Shown here piece after piece: positions 41,762 through 52,898 of a stretch of DNA of 64,000 bases. The first letter of the stretch is position 1. Each line of letters starts with the position of its first letter. The DNA lies in assembly GCA_963710605.1 (NCBI GenBank), contig CAVQBA010000002.1, forward strand, positions 32,001 through 96,000. The letters are read 5' to 3'. Under the pieces are notes generated by a model, which saw nothing but the letters and a program-made list of their open reading frames with translations, was not told the DNA's origin and did no database searches. The stretch comes from an uncultured cyanobacterium (GTDB lineage Bacteria > Cyanobacteriota > Cyanobacteriia > Cyanobacteriales > Cyanobacteriaceae). The position numbers and the translations under genes were made by a program.

Positions 41762-42889
41762 ATGGATTTTTTATCCGATTTCATAGCGGGCTTTTTAAAG
41801 CAATTACAATCTCCGACACTTGGTTTTCTCATTGGTGGTATGGTTGTTGCCGCCGTCAATAGCCGACTTTCAATTCCAGATGCGATTTATAAGTTTATCG
41901 TTTTTATGTTGCTTATAAAAGTTGGTCTAAGCGGTGGTATTGCCATCCGTAATTCTAATTTATTAGAGATACTGTTACCTGCGTTTTTCGCTATGGTAAT
42001 AGGTATCCTTATTGTGTTCATTGGGCGTTTTACCTTAGGGAAGTTGCCGAACGTCAAAACGGTGGATGCTATTGCAACTGCCGGTTTATTCGGTGCAGTA
42101 AGTGGCTCTACCCTAGCTGCGGCTTTGACACTTTTAGAAAATGAAGGAATTGAATACGAAGCTTGGGCTGGTGCCTTGTATCCCTTTATGGATATTCCTG
42201 CTCTAGTGACTGCGATCGTTTTGGCTAGTATTTATACTAGTAAAAAACGTGATACAACAGACGATTATCTTAGTAAGCAAGAATATCAAAGTAAACAATC
42301 TGTTACCACAGGTGGTTATTCTTCAGGCGACGAAAGCATTACGGCAAGTGGGTATCCTAACCAAAGTAGTGGTAACGCAAGCAAGAAAGTTAAAATATGG
42401 CCAATCATCAAAGAAAGTTTACAGGGCTCAGCTTTATCAGCATTACTACTAGGTCTCGCTTTAGGAATAATAACCCGACCCGAAAGCGTTTATGAGAGCT
42501 TCTTCAATCCTCTGTTTCGTGGTTTACTTTCGATATTGATGCTAGTAATGGGAATGGAAGCAACCGCAAGACTTGGCGAGCTACGTAAAGTCGGTCAATG
42601 GTACGCTATATATGCTTTCCTCGCACCGTTATTACACGGGTTTATAGCCTTCGGTTTTGGTATGATTGCTCACATTCTTACAGGATTTAGTCCTGGTGGT
42701 GTAGTAATTTTAGCTGTCATTGCCGCCTCTAGTTCAGATATTTCAGGACCACCTACTTTACGAGCGGGTATTCCATCAGCTAACCCTTCTGCCTATATAG
42801 GAGCTTCAACAGCCGTAGGTACACCTGTTGCTCTTGCTTTAGGAATACCTTTGTTCATCGGACTTGCCCAAGCACTAATGGGCAGTTAA
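41762..42889 (+). CDS. sbtA: sodium-dependent bicarbonate transporter SbtA
   Basis: QLQSPTLGFLIGG, FGAVSGST and SSSDISGPPTLRAGIPSANPS motifs. Confidence 0.96.
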   Translation: MDFLSDFIAGFLKQLQSPTLGFLIGGMVVAAVNSRLSIPDAIYKFIVFMLLIKVGLSGGIAIRNSNLLEILLPAFFAMVIGILIVFIGRFTLGKLPNVKTVDAIATAGLFGAVSGSTLAAALTLLENEGIEYEAWAGALYPFMDIPALVTAIVLASIYTSKKRDTTDDYLSKQEYQSKQSVTTGGYSSGDESITASGYPNQSSGNASKKVKIWPIIKESLQGSALSALLLGLALGIITRPESVYESFFNPLFRGLLSILMLVMGMEATARLGELRKVGQWYAIYAFLAPLLHGFIAFGFGMIAHILTGFSPGGVVILAVIAASSSDISGPPTLRAGIPSANPSAYIGASTAVGTPVALALGIPLFIGLAQALMGS

Positions 42890-42904
42890 CTCCAAACAAA
42901 TAAT

Positions 42905-42976
42905 AGCGGTCTGTCGATGCTTTTCTTAGCCGGACAACTAAATCGGTATGAAAGCAAGGTTTCGCCGCTTTTTTTT
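42905..42976 (+). terminator. long stem-loop with U-tail between sbtA and sbtB
   Basis: AGCGG..TGCTTT..CCG / CGG..AAAGCA..CCGCT followed by a T-run. Confidence 0.6.
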
Positions 42977-43005
42977 AATTTTATTTTCTATCTATATACA
43001 ATTAA

Positions 43006-43344
<339 letters not shown>

Positions 43345-43368
43345 CTTCAAATTCGGCAGATTAAACTT

Positions 43369-43400
43369 AAAAAGTCAGGGTTATGCTCTGGCTTTTTTTT
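43369..43400 (+). terminator. intrinsic terminator after sbtB
   Basis: AAAAAGTCAGGG-TTATG-CTCTGGCTTTTTTTT. Confidence 0.75.
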
Positions 43401-43581
43401 CTTATATGACAACTTTTATCTACATTTTCTATCCGTTTGATCATTGATCAATCTACTTATCTACTATTATTTGAGTAGAATTCTCAATTATATCTATCTC
43501 TTACCTTTTAATTAGCTAGAACGACGATTACAATAAAAAAATAAAGACAAAATCGATCGACTTTCATCGTCATTATTAGTT

Positions 43582-44307
43582 ATGATTTCTATTCCTCAAA
43601 CAAAAGTTTACACCAATGATAATTTAGATAGTAATAATGTCATCAAAATAGAAAACTTAGATTTCTTTTATGGTAGCGGTACTATGAAAAAGCAAACTCT
43701 TTTTGATATTAATTTAACCTTAAGTAAAGGAGAAGTTGTAATCATGAAAGGTCCATCTGGTTCTGGTAAAACAACGCTTTTGACATTAATCGGTGCATTG
43801 AGAAGTGCAAATTATGGTAGTTTAAAAGTATTTAATCAAGAACTAGTTAATTGTCATAATAATTTATTGATTCAAACAAGAAGAAATATCGGTTATATTT
43901 TTCAGGCTCATAACTTATTAAATTCTTTAACCGCTCGGCAAAATGTGCAAATGTCATTAGAATTGCATCCTCAATATTCTAGTCAGCAAGTAGTGCAAAT
44001 GTCAGAAGAAATGTTAACCGCCGTCGGTTTAGCCGATCGAATGAATTACTATCCTGAAAATCTTTCTGGGGGGCAAAAACAAAGAGTTGCGATCGCACGG
44101 GCTTTAGCTTCTCATCCTAAAATGGTGTTAGCAGACGAACCAACAGCGGCATTAGATAGCAAATCAGGTAGGGATGTAGTGGAAATTATGCAAAAATTAG
44201 CGATCGAACAAGGTTGTACTATTCTCATTGTGACTCATGACGATCGTATTTTGGACGTAGCTGAACGTATTATAGAATTAGAAGATGGTAGATTGATCAA
44301 AAGTTAA
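43582..44307 (+). CDS. DevA-family ABC transporter ATP-binding protein
   Basis: GPSGSGKT, GYIFQAHNL, LSGGQKQRVAIARAL and ADEPTAALD motifs. Confidence 0.9.
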   Translation: MISIPQTKVYTNDNLDSNNVIKIENLDFFYGSGTMKKQTLFDINLTLSKGEVVIMKGPSGSGKTTLLTLIGALRSANYGSLKVFNQELVNCHNNLLIQTRRNIGYIFQAHNLLNSLTARQNVQMSLELHPQYSSQQVVQMSEEMLTAVGLADRMNYYPENLSGGQKQRVAIARALASHPKMVLADEPTAALDSKSGRDVVEIMQKLAIEQGCTILIVTHDDRILDVAERIIELEDGRLIKS

Positions 44308-44323
44308 CAGTTAAAAAAATTAT

Positions 44324-45172
44324 ATGTGGCGTAAATTTAGTCAAGATAAAATGGCGGTAGCAGGTTTAGTTACTTTGACAATTATTATTCTCGCCATTAT
44401 TTTTTTGCCATTTATATATGATGTTGATTTAGAATTGATTGATTTTAGTATCTCCACTTTACCCCCTAGTTGGGACCATCCTTTTGGTACAAACGACCTA
44501 GGACAAGATCAATTAGCAAGGGTTTTGTTTGGTGGTAGAATTTCTTTAACTGTGGGAATTACTTCGATGATAGTAGCGATCACGATCGGTACACTAGTTG
44601 GTGCGATCGCAGGTTATTATGGTGGAATATTAGATACCCTATTGATGCGTCTAACTGATATCTGTTTATCTTTACCTCAATTACCCGTTTTGTTATTAGT
44701 TGTTTATTTATTCCGTGATGCTGTCAAATCATTGTTGGGGGCAGAATTAGGTATTTTTGTCTTAGTTGTCGTTATTATCGGTTTACTCAATTGGATGTCT
44801 GTCGCCAGGTTGGTTAGAGGTGCTTTTTTACAAATAAAGGAAAGAGAATTTATTTTAGCTGTACGTAGTTTAGGAGCAAATTCACTCAGAATTATCTTGG
44901 TTCATATTTTGCCTAACGTTTTTGGTATCATTATTGTCGCCGCTACTTTATCCGTTGGTAATGCCATCATTGTCGAATCTACCTTAAGTTTTTTAGGTTT
45001 GGGTTTTCCTCCTGATATACCTACATGGGGCAGAATGTTATACGAAGCCCAAAATTACCTCACCCAAGCACCTTATATGGCTATCTTTCCCGGGTTAGCT
45101 ATTTTTCTCACGGTTTTGAGTATTAACTATATCGGTGATGGTTTGAAAGATGCTCTTAATCCACGTAACTAA
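44324..45172 (+). CDS. peptide/nickel ABC transporter permease (DppC-like)
   Basis: HPFGTNDLGQD, EAA loop and GDGLKDALNP. Confidence 0.9.
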   Translation: MWRKFSQDKMAVAGLVTLTIIILAIIFLPFIYDVDLELIDFSISTLPPSWDHPFGTNDLGQDQLARVLFGGRISLTVGITSMIVAITIGTLVGAIAGYYGGILDTLLMRLTDICLSLPQLPVLLLVVYLFRDAVKSLLGAELGIFVLVVVIIGLLNWMSVARLVRGAFLQIKEREFILAVRSLGANSLRIILVHILPNVFGIIIVAATLSVGNAIIVESTLSFLGLGFPPDIPTWGRMLYEAQNYLTQAPYMAIFPGLAIFLTVLSINYIGDGLKDALNPRN

Positions 45173-45402
45173 TAAGCGATTGATAATTGATAGTTATACC
45201 AAATTAAAAAAATAAAAAATGGGACGTTTTATTTTAGCTTATAAGTTGAAAGCGATCGTATTTTAAAATTGTGTAAATAAACAACAATATCTAATTTTTC
45301 TTTAACTGTCGAATTGTTATATTTTTCTTTTGTATTTTCTTGAACCAAGAAGTGAAAGTTTTTTATGCGACATCTAAATCAATTTTAGAAACATTACTCA
45401 AT

Positions 45403-45657
45403 TCAACTTGCTTGTTTTACTTGCCAAAGATCGTATGCATTTTGCATTGTTAGCCAACTCTCAGCACTTCTTCCTAAAGCTTTAGAAAGCCTTAATGCCA
45501 TTTCTGGACTAATTCTACCTTGTTGTCTCAAAATACGATTTAAAGTTGAAGGAGAAACTCCTAATTTAGACGCAACGAAACGACAACTTAAGCCAAATGG
45601 CTCTATATAAGTGAAGTATAGAAATTCCCCTGGATGTGGTGGGTTATACATATTCAT
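45403..45657 (-). CDS. higA: HigA antitoxin (C-terminus probably frameshifted)
   Basis: NPPHPGE...ISPEMALRLSKALG.SAESWL.MQ..YDLW; an alternative frame continues VELSNVSKIDLDVA* to about 45363. Confidence 0.88.
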   Translation of the reverse strand: MNMYNPPHPGEFLYFTYIEPFGLSCRFVASKLGVSPSTLNRILRQQGRISPEMALRLSKALGRSAESWLTMQNAYDLWQVKQAS

Positions 45658-45935
45658 TAGTGATAATCCTCATAATTAAGTACATATACATTACCTTCAG
45701 CAAATTTAAAAGTTAAACGCCAATTTTTATTAACTGTAATAGACCATAAATTGTTACGATCGCCTTTTAATGAATGAAGTCGATAACCTGGAATGTTTAA
45801 GTCGTCAATATTTTGAGCCGAATCTAATGCGGCAAGTTGCATTCTGAGTTTTTTGGCATGATTTGCCTGAATTCCTTTTATTTTGCCCGTTTTATAAAAA
45901 AGATCTAATCCTTTGTGGGCAAAGCTTTTAATCAT
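45657..45935 (-). CDS. higB: HigB toxin (RelE/ParE superfamily)
   Basis: MIKSFAHKGL...LHSLKGDR..WSITVNKNWRLTF...EDYH. Confidence 0.92.
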   Translation of the reverse strand: MIKSFAHKGLDLFYKTGKIKGIQANHAKKLRMQLAALDSAQNIDDLNIPGYRLHSLKGDRNNLWSITVNKNWRLTFKFAEGNVYVLNYEDYH

Positions 45936-46119
45936 AATTAGTTATTGTATCATGTTGCGCAACACAAGTCAGTCTATTACGAGTGAACTGGACTTGTTTT
46001 CCTTATTTGAACTACCAACAATAATAGGCATATACAAAAACTTTGAAATTTTTATAAATGAGTAAGAATTTGAAGATAAAAGTAAAATTAATACTCAGAA
46101 TTTGTGTGATGTCACTACT

Positions 46120-46250
46120 TATAGCAATGAGCAAATTAGTCAAGATATTTATCAATTGAAATATGATAAACCGCAGAGAGATTAGTTGGTATATAAATTA
46201 AATGTAAAAAAAGAGAGAATCTGTCCTAACTACAGAAGTTTTCTGCTATA
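46120..46250. mobile_element. TATAGCA...TGCTATA-ended MITE-like element
   Basis: 7-bp terminal inverted repeat as in family B; abuts the stop codon of the FdhF/YdeP gene. Confidence 0.45.
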
Positions 46251-48492
46251 TCAATAAACGAAAATAGGAACTCTTTTATAAGCAGGTGTACCACATCGAT
46301 CGTCTATACGGGCTTTAAATAAAATATTAGCTTCAGGATAAAACATGAAAGCAACACCTTCTAAGATTGCTCCAGAAATAATTTCTACCTCCGGTAATTC
46401 TCCAGCATCGCCTTTGACTCTTACTTTTTGATGAGGTTGAAACCCTGCTTTTTTAATATCGTTCAAATTCATCAAAATACAATAACGATGAGGCATTCCT
46501 CGATATTTATCACTTTCGTTATAAACTACTGTATTGTGTTGCCCGTAACCTCTACCACTACCTAAAATCAAAACAATACCTTGAGTATCTTCACTGACAC
46601 CAAAAAACTTTTTATCAGGAATCGTTAAAGAAGGTAAAGGTGTCGCGCTCATATTCGCTTTACCTGTAGGAGTCGCAAAATGAGGCTCATTAAATATTCT
46701 ACCTTCGATCGTAAATTCTTCTTCAGTTTCGTCGATACTACCTATTTTTTGATAACCAGGAATAGTTTTAGCAATTAACTCTCTGATATATACTGTATCT
46801 TGTAATCTACGCCAATCGATCGTTTTATCTCCATGAAGACGATGAGCAATTTCGGTGATTAGTTCGATTTCGGTAACTAAATCACTATCTTTTTTTTCTA
46901 AATGACTCGAACCAGTTTCGTTTAACCTAACAAAGTTATTTCCCGACTCTGTGGTAGTACGATGAGGATTCTCAAAGCGATTGAATACAGGTAATATTAG
47001 CGTGTTTTCCTTAGCTAAACCGTGAAAATGACCTAAATTCGGTTTAGTCGCCACATAAAAGACCGTTTCGATATTTCCTAAAGCTCTTTTTGCTTGAGTC
47101 AAATCTGGGTTAGCCGCATAAAGATTACCGCCCAAACAAAAGAGGGTATCTACTTTTTGCTTATCTGCCATCTCAATCAAACGACGAGCGTCATAACCTT
47201 TGGTGTCGCTGATTGGTTTGCCGAGTAATTCGGTTAGGGCTTTTTTAACAGTATCGCTGAGGTTAGTTGTTACACCCATCGAGCCAAAACCTTGAACGTT
47301 GGAATGTCCCCTAATCGGCATTGTGCCTGTTCCTAATTTACCTGCATTACCTGTAATTAAGGCTGTATTGGCAATACTTTTGACGTTATCGACTCCATTA
47401 GTATGGTGAGTGATACCCATCGCCCAAGCGAAAGACGACTTTACTTGATTTACCGATGACATAAGCAACTTCACTAATTTCTTCGACAGATATACCACAG
47501 GTATTAGTAATCGTTTCCCAACTTGTTTCGTTGGCTCGATCGACTACTTCTTGCCAACCTGCTGTATATTTTTTAAGATAGTCAAAATCGACTAAGTTTT
47601 GTTCGAGTAAAGATTTTTGGATACCGACAAAAACAGCTACATCGCTACCTGGTATGGGTTGTAAGTATAAAGTGGCAATTTCTGAACCACCTTTAAGCAT
47701 CGATCGAATTGGGAATGAAGGGGAAGAAAATTTAACTAAACCAACTTCAATTTGTGGATTAATGATGATAATTTTACCGCCATTGCGTTGAATTTTAATC
47801 AATTCGTTCATCAACCGAGGATGATTTGCCGGGGCGTTTGAGCCAACTAAGACGACGCAATCTGTTTGTTTGAGGCTTTCTAAACTCACCATTGATGTAC
47901 CTGTACCAAATACTTGTTTTAAACCCGTTGTGGAGGGGGCATGACACAAGTCTGAGCAATCGGCAAGGTTGTTACTACCTAAGGCTCTCATCATCAATTG
48001 TAATATGTAGGCGGCTTCATTTGACGATCGACCTGAGCTATAAGAGGCAACTGTTTCTGGTGATTTTTGAAATGCTTCTTCTGCTATATTATATACTTCT
48101 TGCCAACTGATACGTTGATAATGTTGACTACCTTTTCTTAAAATTAAAGGATAAGTTAATCTACCTAAACGATCGCATTCCCTTGAATCTAATTCTTGTA
48201 ATTCCTCGATACTATATTGCTCAAAAAAATCCAGACTAATACCTGATAATAACTCAGCGGAGATTGATTCGACGCTTTTTGCACACCTTTGTAAATATTC
48301 GCCTTCTTCATTAACAAAACCTCCTTTTTGCCCTCCCGTACCCCAAGCACAAGATAGACAAGCACTTTTGTGATTAAGTTTTTCCCAAATTTTTAATCCC
48401 TGAGGAGAAAGAGTTTTTTTTGCCCAATATCCGATTACAGGCATACCACCACCTGTATCGACTGGTAGTTCAGAATTTTGCTCGTTCGTCAT
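46251..48492 (-). pseudogene. FdhF/YdeP family molybdopterin oxidoreductase, split by a single-base frameshift at about 47431-47433
   Basis: ORFs 47398-48492 (CLSCAW, SSGRSSNEAAY, DCSDLCH) and 46251-47498 (FAWAMGITHH, PIRGHSNVQG, PAYK) join as ...SKVVF/AWAMG if one A is removed. Confidence 0.85.
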
Positions 48493-48607
48493 AAGCCTAA
48501 TAATTAATGATTGCCGTTATTAACTATTTTACTGTAACGACTTGATAGTTAGTCGATCTTTAATTGTTATATTCATAATGACTCTTTTCGTAGCACTTTA
48601 TTACAAA

Positions 48608-48775
48608 TATAGTAATTTAAAATAACAATGAGACAATTTTGACGAATTAAATCTTAGTTTAATTTATTAAACGGATGAGTATTAGCCTTGTCAATTCATT
48701 GCAAGGCGGGTTTAATACTTAAGTTTTTTCTCTCAATATTAATCAATGTCTCAGTAAAACATTGAAATAACTATA
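48608..48775 (+). mobile_element. MITE family A copy 3, abutting or nested in a family B element (to 48855)
   Basis: TATAGT...ACTATA with the family core; immediately followed by the reverse homolog of 36509-36615. Confidence 0.75.
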
Positions 48776-48895
48776 AGATTCAACCACCCCTAACCCCTCC
48801 TTCTGAAGGAAGGGAAAAAATACTAGATGTCTTAACTTACTCTTCTACTGCTATATACTAAATTAAGACAATTCATTATTCATTACTCATTAATT

Positions 48896-49201
48896 ATGCA
48901 CACATTATCAATACCTACATGGATGGTACACGTTTCTAGTGTCGTTGAATGGATAGCGGCTATTTGGTTTGTCTGGCGTTATGGAGAAGTAACCAAAGAT
49001 AGTAGTTGGTATTGGTTGGCTTATGGTATGTTACCCTCTTTAATCAGTGCGATGTGTGCTTGCACTTGGCATTTGTTTGATAATGCTGAGTCTTGGGAAT
49101 GGTTGGTTACGCTACAGGCTTTGACTACTGTTATCGGTAATATCGGTTTGTGTATTGGTGCTTGGAAAGTATGGGATTCAAGGGAAAAGAAAACTACTTA
49201 A
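48896..49201 (+). CDS. DUF2499 / Ycf49-like membrane protein
   Basis: MHTLSIPTWMVHVSSVVEW...SAMCACTWHLFDN. Confidence 0.88.
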   Translation: MHTLSIPTWMVHVSSVVEWIAAIWFVWRYGEVTKDSSWYWLAYGMLPSLISAMCACTWHLFDNAESWEWLVTLQALTTVIGNIGLCIGAWKVWDSREKKTT

Positions 49202-49260
49202 ACTAATACGTATCGATCGAATCGCAAATAACTTTTAACTTTTAACTATCAACTATATTC

Positions 49261-50214
49261 ATGTCAAAACAAATACAACCAAAATTAATCATCCATGGCG
49301 GTGCGGGAAGTTCGTTAAAAAGTAAAGATGGATTAGAATCCCTTCGTCAAATTTTACACTCGATCGTTGCTGAGGTTTATCAACTATTATTAGAAGGTAA
49401 AACTGCCAATGAAGCAGTAATTGCAGGTTGTACGTTATTAGAAAATAACCCTCGTTTTAATTCTGGTACAGGTTCGGTATTACAATCTGATGGTAATATC
49501 CGTATGAGTGCATCTTTGATGGATGGAGAAAAACAACGATTTAGTGGTGTGATAAATGTTTTTCGCGTACAAAATCCGATCGAATTAGCAAACTATTTAC
49601 AAAATGAAGAAGATAGAGTTTTATCTGATTATGGTAGTGCAGAATTATCACGAGAGTTAAATGTACCTATTTACGATCCTTTAACCGATTTACGTTTAAA
49701 TGAATGGATAGAGGAAAGAAAGGGAAATTTTGACAGTAAGATGGCTGGTGTTGTCGCTGAAAACCAAAACGCTAGACGTGGTACGATCGGTGTAGTAGCT
49801 TTAGATAAATATGGTAATGTTAGTGCTGGTACATCAACTGGTGGTAAGGGTTTAGAACGAATCGGACGAGTAAGTGATTCGGCTATGCCTGCGGGGAATT
49901 ATGCAAATCATAATGCAGGGGTTAGTTGTACGGGTATTGGTGAAGATATTATTGATGAATGTTTAGCGGCTAAAGTAGTAATTCGAGTTACAGATGGCTT
50001 GTCTTTAGCTGAGGCGATGCAAAAATCAATGGCAGAAGCCAAAAATAACGATCGTGACTTTGGTGCGATCGCTTTAGATAGTCAAGGTAATATTGTTTGG
50101 GGTAAAACTAGTCAAATGTTATTATCTGCTTATCATAATGGTGAGTCTATTGGTGATTGTTTGGAGTGGAATGACGATCGTCTCGTTGGTAATCAATCTA
50201 GTAGGTTGGGTTGA
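49261..50214 (+). CDS. iaaA: isoaspartyl peptidase / L-asparaginase (Ntn hydrolase)
   Basis: IIHGGAG, GTIGVVA (nucleophile Thr), TSTGG, GRVSDS and SCTGIGE motifs. Confidence 0.92.
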   Translation: MSKQIQPKLIIHGGAGSSLKSKDGLESLRQILHSIVAEVYQLLLEGKTANEAVIAGCTLLENNPRFNSGTGSVLQSDGNIRMSASLMDGEKQRFSGVINVFRVQNPIELANYLQNEEDRVLSDYGSAELSRELNVPIYDPLTDLRLNEWIEERKGNFDSKMAGVVAENQNARRGTIGVVALDKYGNVSAGTSTGGKGLERIGRVSDSAMPAGNYANHNAGVSCTGIGEDIIDECLAAKVVIRVTDGLSLAEAMQKSMAEAKNNDRDFGAIALDSQGNIVWGKTSQMLLSAYHNGESIGDCLEWNDDRLVGNQSSRLG

Positions 50215-50266
50215 ACCAAAAAAATTTAACACACAAACGATACATCATCCAGAGCGAAACCCAACA
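50201..50266 (+). repeat. GTAGGTTGGGTTGA...CGAAACCCAACA REP-like element
   Basis: Same ends as the repeats at 32253 and 33076; supplies the iaaA stop codon. Confidence 0.8.
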
Positions 50267-50461
50267 ACCAATTCAAAATAAAGTAGAAATTGTTTTAATA
50301 GACATCTTTTAATAGTTACTCCAATGCGAGGGTTAAAACCCTCACTACAAGCCTAAAAAATTTTTTTGGTCAGAAACTTATTATGCAATGAGTGCTTAAA
50401 AGTCGATCGGCTCTTGTTTTAGATTACTATTTAACTAATTAAAAGTTAGGAAATTTAGATT

Positions 50462-51001
50462 ATGATTTGGGAAATTACTACTCACGAACTCTTGACTAGA
50501 TATAACTCTGGGGAGCGTAATTTTGTGGGTGTCGAATTTATTAAAGATCCCGAAAGACACCCTGAAGACTTAGGTATTGGGGAAGAAATTCATGGTCTGC
50601 AAAATACTAACTTGACTGGTATTAACTTGCGTGGTGCTAACTTGACGGGCATTCAATTGCAAAAGGCTAATTTGAGAGGGGGTAATTTTTTTGGTGCTGC
50701 CATTGTTGGAGCTAATTTGAGTTACGCCAATTTTACGGGTGCTATTCTTGATGGTGCTAACTTGACTCATTCCTCTTTTTATCGGGCTGATTTGGGAAAT
50801 ACTAGTTTGATATATACGAATGCTCATGGCACTAGGTTTGTTGAAGCATCTGTTGATACTTTTGAGAATAGTATTTTGATTGATGCTAATTTTATGGGGG
50901 CTAACACTTCTAAATCTCAAATATGTAGGTTCGGTAATTTTATTTACAGAACTACTATGCCCGATGGAACGGTTGAAAATGGTCCTTCTTGGGGAATCTA
51001 G
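50462..51001 (+). CDS. pentapeptide repeat protein
   Basis: ELLTRYNSGERNF N-cap, ANL repeats, RTTMPDG C-cap. Confidence 0.9.
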   Translation: MIWEITTHELLTRYNSGERNFVGVEFIKDPERHPEDLGIGEEIHGLQNTNLTGINLRGANLTGIQLQKANLRGGNFFGAAIVGANLSYANFTGAILDGANLTHSSFYRADLGNTSLIYTNAHGTRFVEASVDTFENSILIDANFMGANTSKSQICRFGNFIYRTTMPDGTVENGPSWGI

Positions 51002-51166
51002 CTGGCTGTTGGGTTTTGCTTTGATAATGTATCGTTTATATCTCAAACTTTTTTTTTCCCGCTTAACCTTTACCTACAAAGCGATAAAACGATCGTACTG
51101 TCGATTTAAAATACAAGCCAAAGCATTATCAATTTATTGTGTCTCAAACTTAATTAATTACTTTTA

Positions 51167-51229
51167 GATGGTAAAACGATCGCTGATTGTTTAGAATGGA
51201 ATGACGATCGTCTGATTGGCTATATTTAA
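51167..51229 (+). pseudogene. second copy of the iaaA 3' end
   Basis: Translates DGKTIADCLEWNDDRLIGYI* versus iaaA NGESIGDCLEWNDDRLVG; TGGAATGACGATCGTCT is identical in both. Confidence 0.8.
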
Positions 51230-51386
51230 AGATGTATTTATAGTCATTTTAATCACCAGACGAAACATTAATATCCATAGAAGTAACTTGAGTATCTTTG
51301 CTCATACGTTTTTAGTTTTTCCTGTTTACTTCAAGGGTGAGATTATAATTGAATAGTAAGAAATACTAATTAATCTTTTTATTTTC

Positions 51387-51662
51387 ATGACAGAAACTAT
51401 CACCACCCTAGTCAGCGATCGAATTTGTAATCATATGAATAAAGATCATAGTGAGACATTAGTTACTTATGCCGAGTTTTTTGGGCAAGTATCAAACATT
51501 AAAAATGCTAAGATGCTCTCGATCGATAACCAAGCAATGTATTTAAGTATTAATGATGAAAGCGAAAAAATAAAAATTGATTTTCCTCATCAACTCAAAG
51601 ATGCTAAAGATGCTCATCATACTTTAGTTGAAATGCTTCAACAAGCCAAACCAACAAGCTAA
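51387..51662 (+). CDS. DUF2470 domain protein
   Basis: SDRICNHMNKDH...DAHHTLVEM. Confidence 0.85.
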   Translation: MTETITTLVSDRICNHMNKDHSETLVTYAEFFGQVSNIKNAKMLSIDNQAMYLSINDESEKIKIDFPHQLKDAKDAHHTLVEMLQQAKPTS

Positions 51663-51749
51663 AAAAATTTGATAATTGCGGACAGAAGCGGTAAAATCTT
51701 GCTTACCGAAGGCTGACCACTTCCGTTACCAATTATCAATTGTCAATTA

Positions 51750-52898
51750 TTAAGTGCGTTCTTCGATCGAAATATAAGATACTTCTCTTTGACCTACATA
51801 ATCCTGAGTCGGACGAAAAATACGATTAACACCGATTTGTTCTCTCCAATGAGCTAACCAACCCGCAACACGGGAAATAGCAAACATAGGCGTAAATAAA
51901 TCAGGCTTAATACCTAACTTGCGATAAACTAATCCAGAATAAAAATCAACATTAGGATAAATACCTTTTGCACCTAATCTTTCACTAACTACTTTTTCTA
52001 CTTCCAAAGCAATTTCGTAATATTGATCGTAGCCTTTTAATTCAAATAATCTTTCTGCTAACTCCTGTAATATAGTAGCACGAGGATCTTTGACTTTATA
52101 AACTCGATGACCAAAACCCATAATTTTTTGCTTATTGTCAATCAAGTTATTAATATAAGGGCGGACATTTTCTACCGTCCCAATTTTGTCAAACATGATT
52201 AATACTTCTTCATTCGCACCACCATGTAACGGTCCAGCTAGAGTACCTACAGCCGATGCTACGACTCCGTAAGGATCAGTTAAAGTAGAAGCAGTTACCA
52301 TCGCCGAAAAAGTAGAAGCATTCATTGTATGTTCAGCATGAAGCATCAAACAAACATCAAAAATTCTCGCCTCTAAAGGTTCAGGTACAGTTTCTGTTAA
52401 CATATACAAGAAGTTTCTTGAGTAATTCAATTGATCATCAGGCTTAATCGGATCGTTTCCTTCACGCATTTGAGCGAATGCCGCTACCATTGTCGGAATT
52501 TTAGCCAGTAAACGGACTACCGCATCTCTTATATAGTCTTCATTTGTGAGAGTACGACGAGAATAAAATAAACCCAATGCCGCCGCCGAAGTTTGTAAAG
52601 CATCCATCGGATGACCACTTTCAGGGAAACATTTCATCATATCCCGAATATGATATTTGATTCGACGATGACGAGTAATTTCGCTTTCAAAACTATCTAG
52701 TTCATTTTTAGTTGGTAATTTACCCCAAATTAGTAGATATGCAGTTTCTAAAAAAGTACTATGTTGAGCCAGTTCGATTATATTAATACCTCTATACTCT
52801 AAAATACCGTTTTTGCCATCTACATGACTAATACTTGATTGAGCGACAGGTATTCCCTCTAAGCCTGGTTTGTACTCACAAGCAATTGTAGTTGCCAT
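51750..52898 (-). CDS. gltA: citrate synthase
   Basis: HAEHTMNAST, GPLHGGA, GFGHRVYK and YPNVDFYSG motifs. Confidence 0.97.
   Translation of the reverse strand: MATTIACEYKPGLEGIPVAQSSISHVDGKNGILEYRGINIIELAQHSTFLETAYLLIWGKLPTKNELDSFESEITRHRRIKYHIRDMMKCFPESGHPMDALQTSAAALGLFYSRRTLTNEDYIRDAVVRLLAKIPTMVAAFAQMREGNDPIKPDDQLNYSRNFLYMLTETVPEPLEARIFDVCLMLHAEHTMNASTFSAMVTASTLTDPYGVVASAVGTLAGPLHGGANEEVLIMFDKIGTVENVRPYINNLIDNKQKIMGFGHRVYKVKDPRATILQELAERLFELKGYDQYYEIALEVEKVVSERLGAKGIYPNVDFYSGLVYRKLGIKPDLFTPMFAISRVAGWLAHWREQIGVNRIFRPTQDYVGQREVSYISIEERT

Noticed and set aside
48590-48604. NtcA site upstream of the FdhF/YdeP gene
   Set aside because: Spacing is GTA-N9-TAC and it probably belongs to a MITE end.
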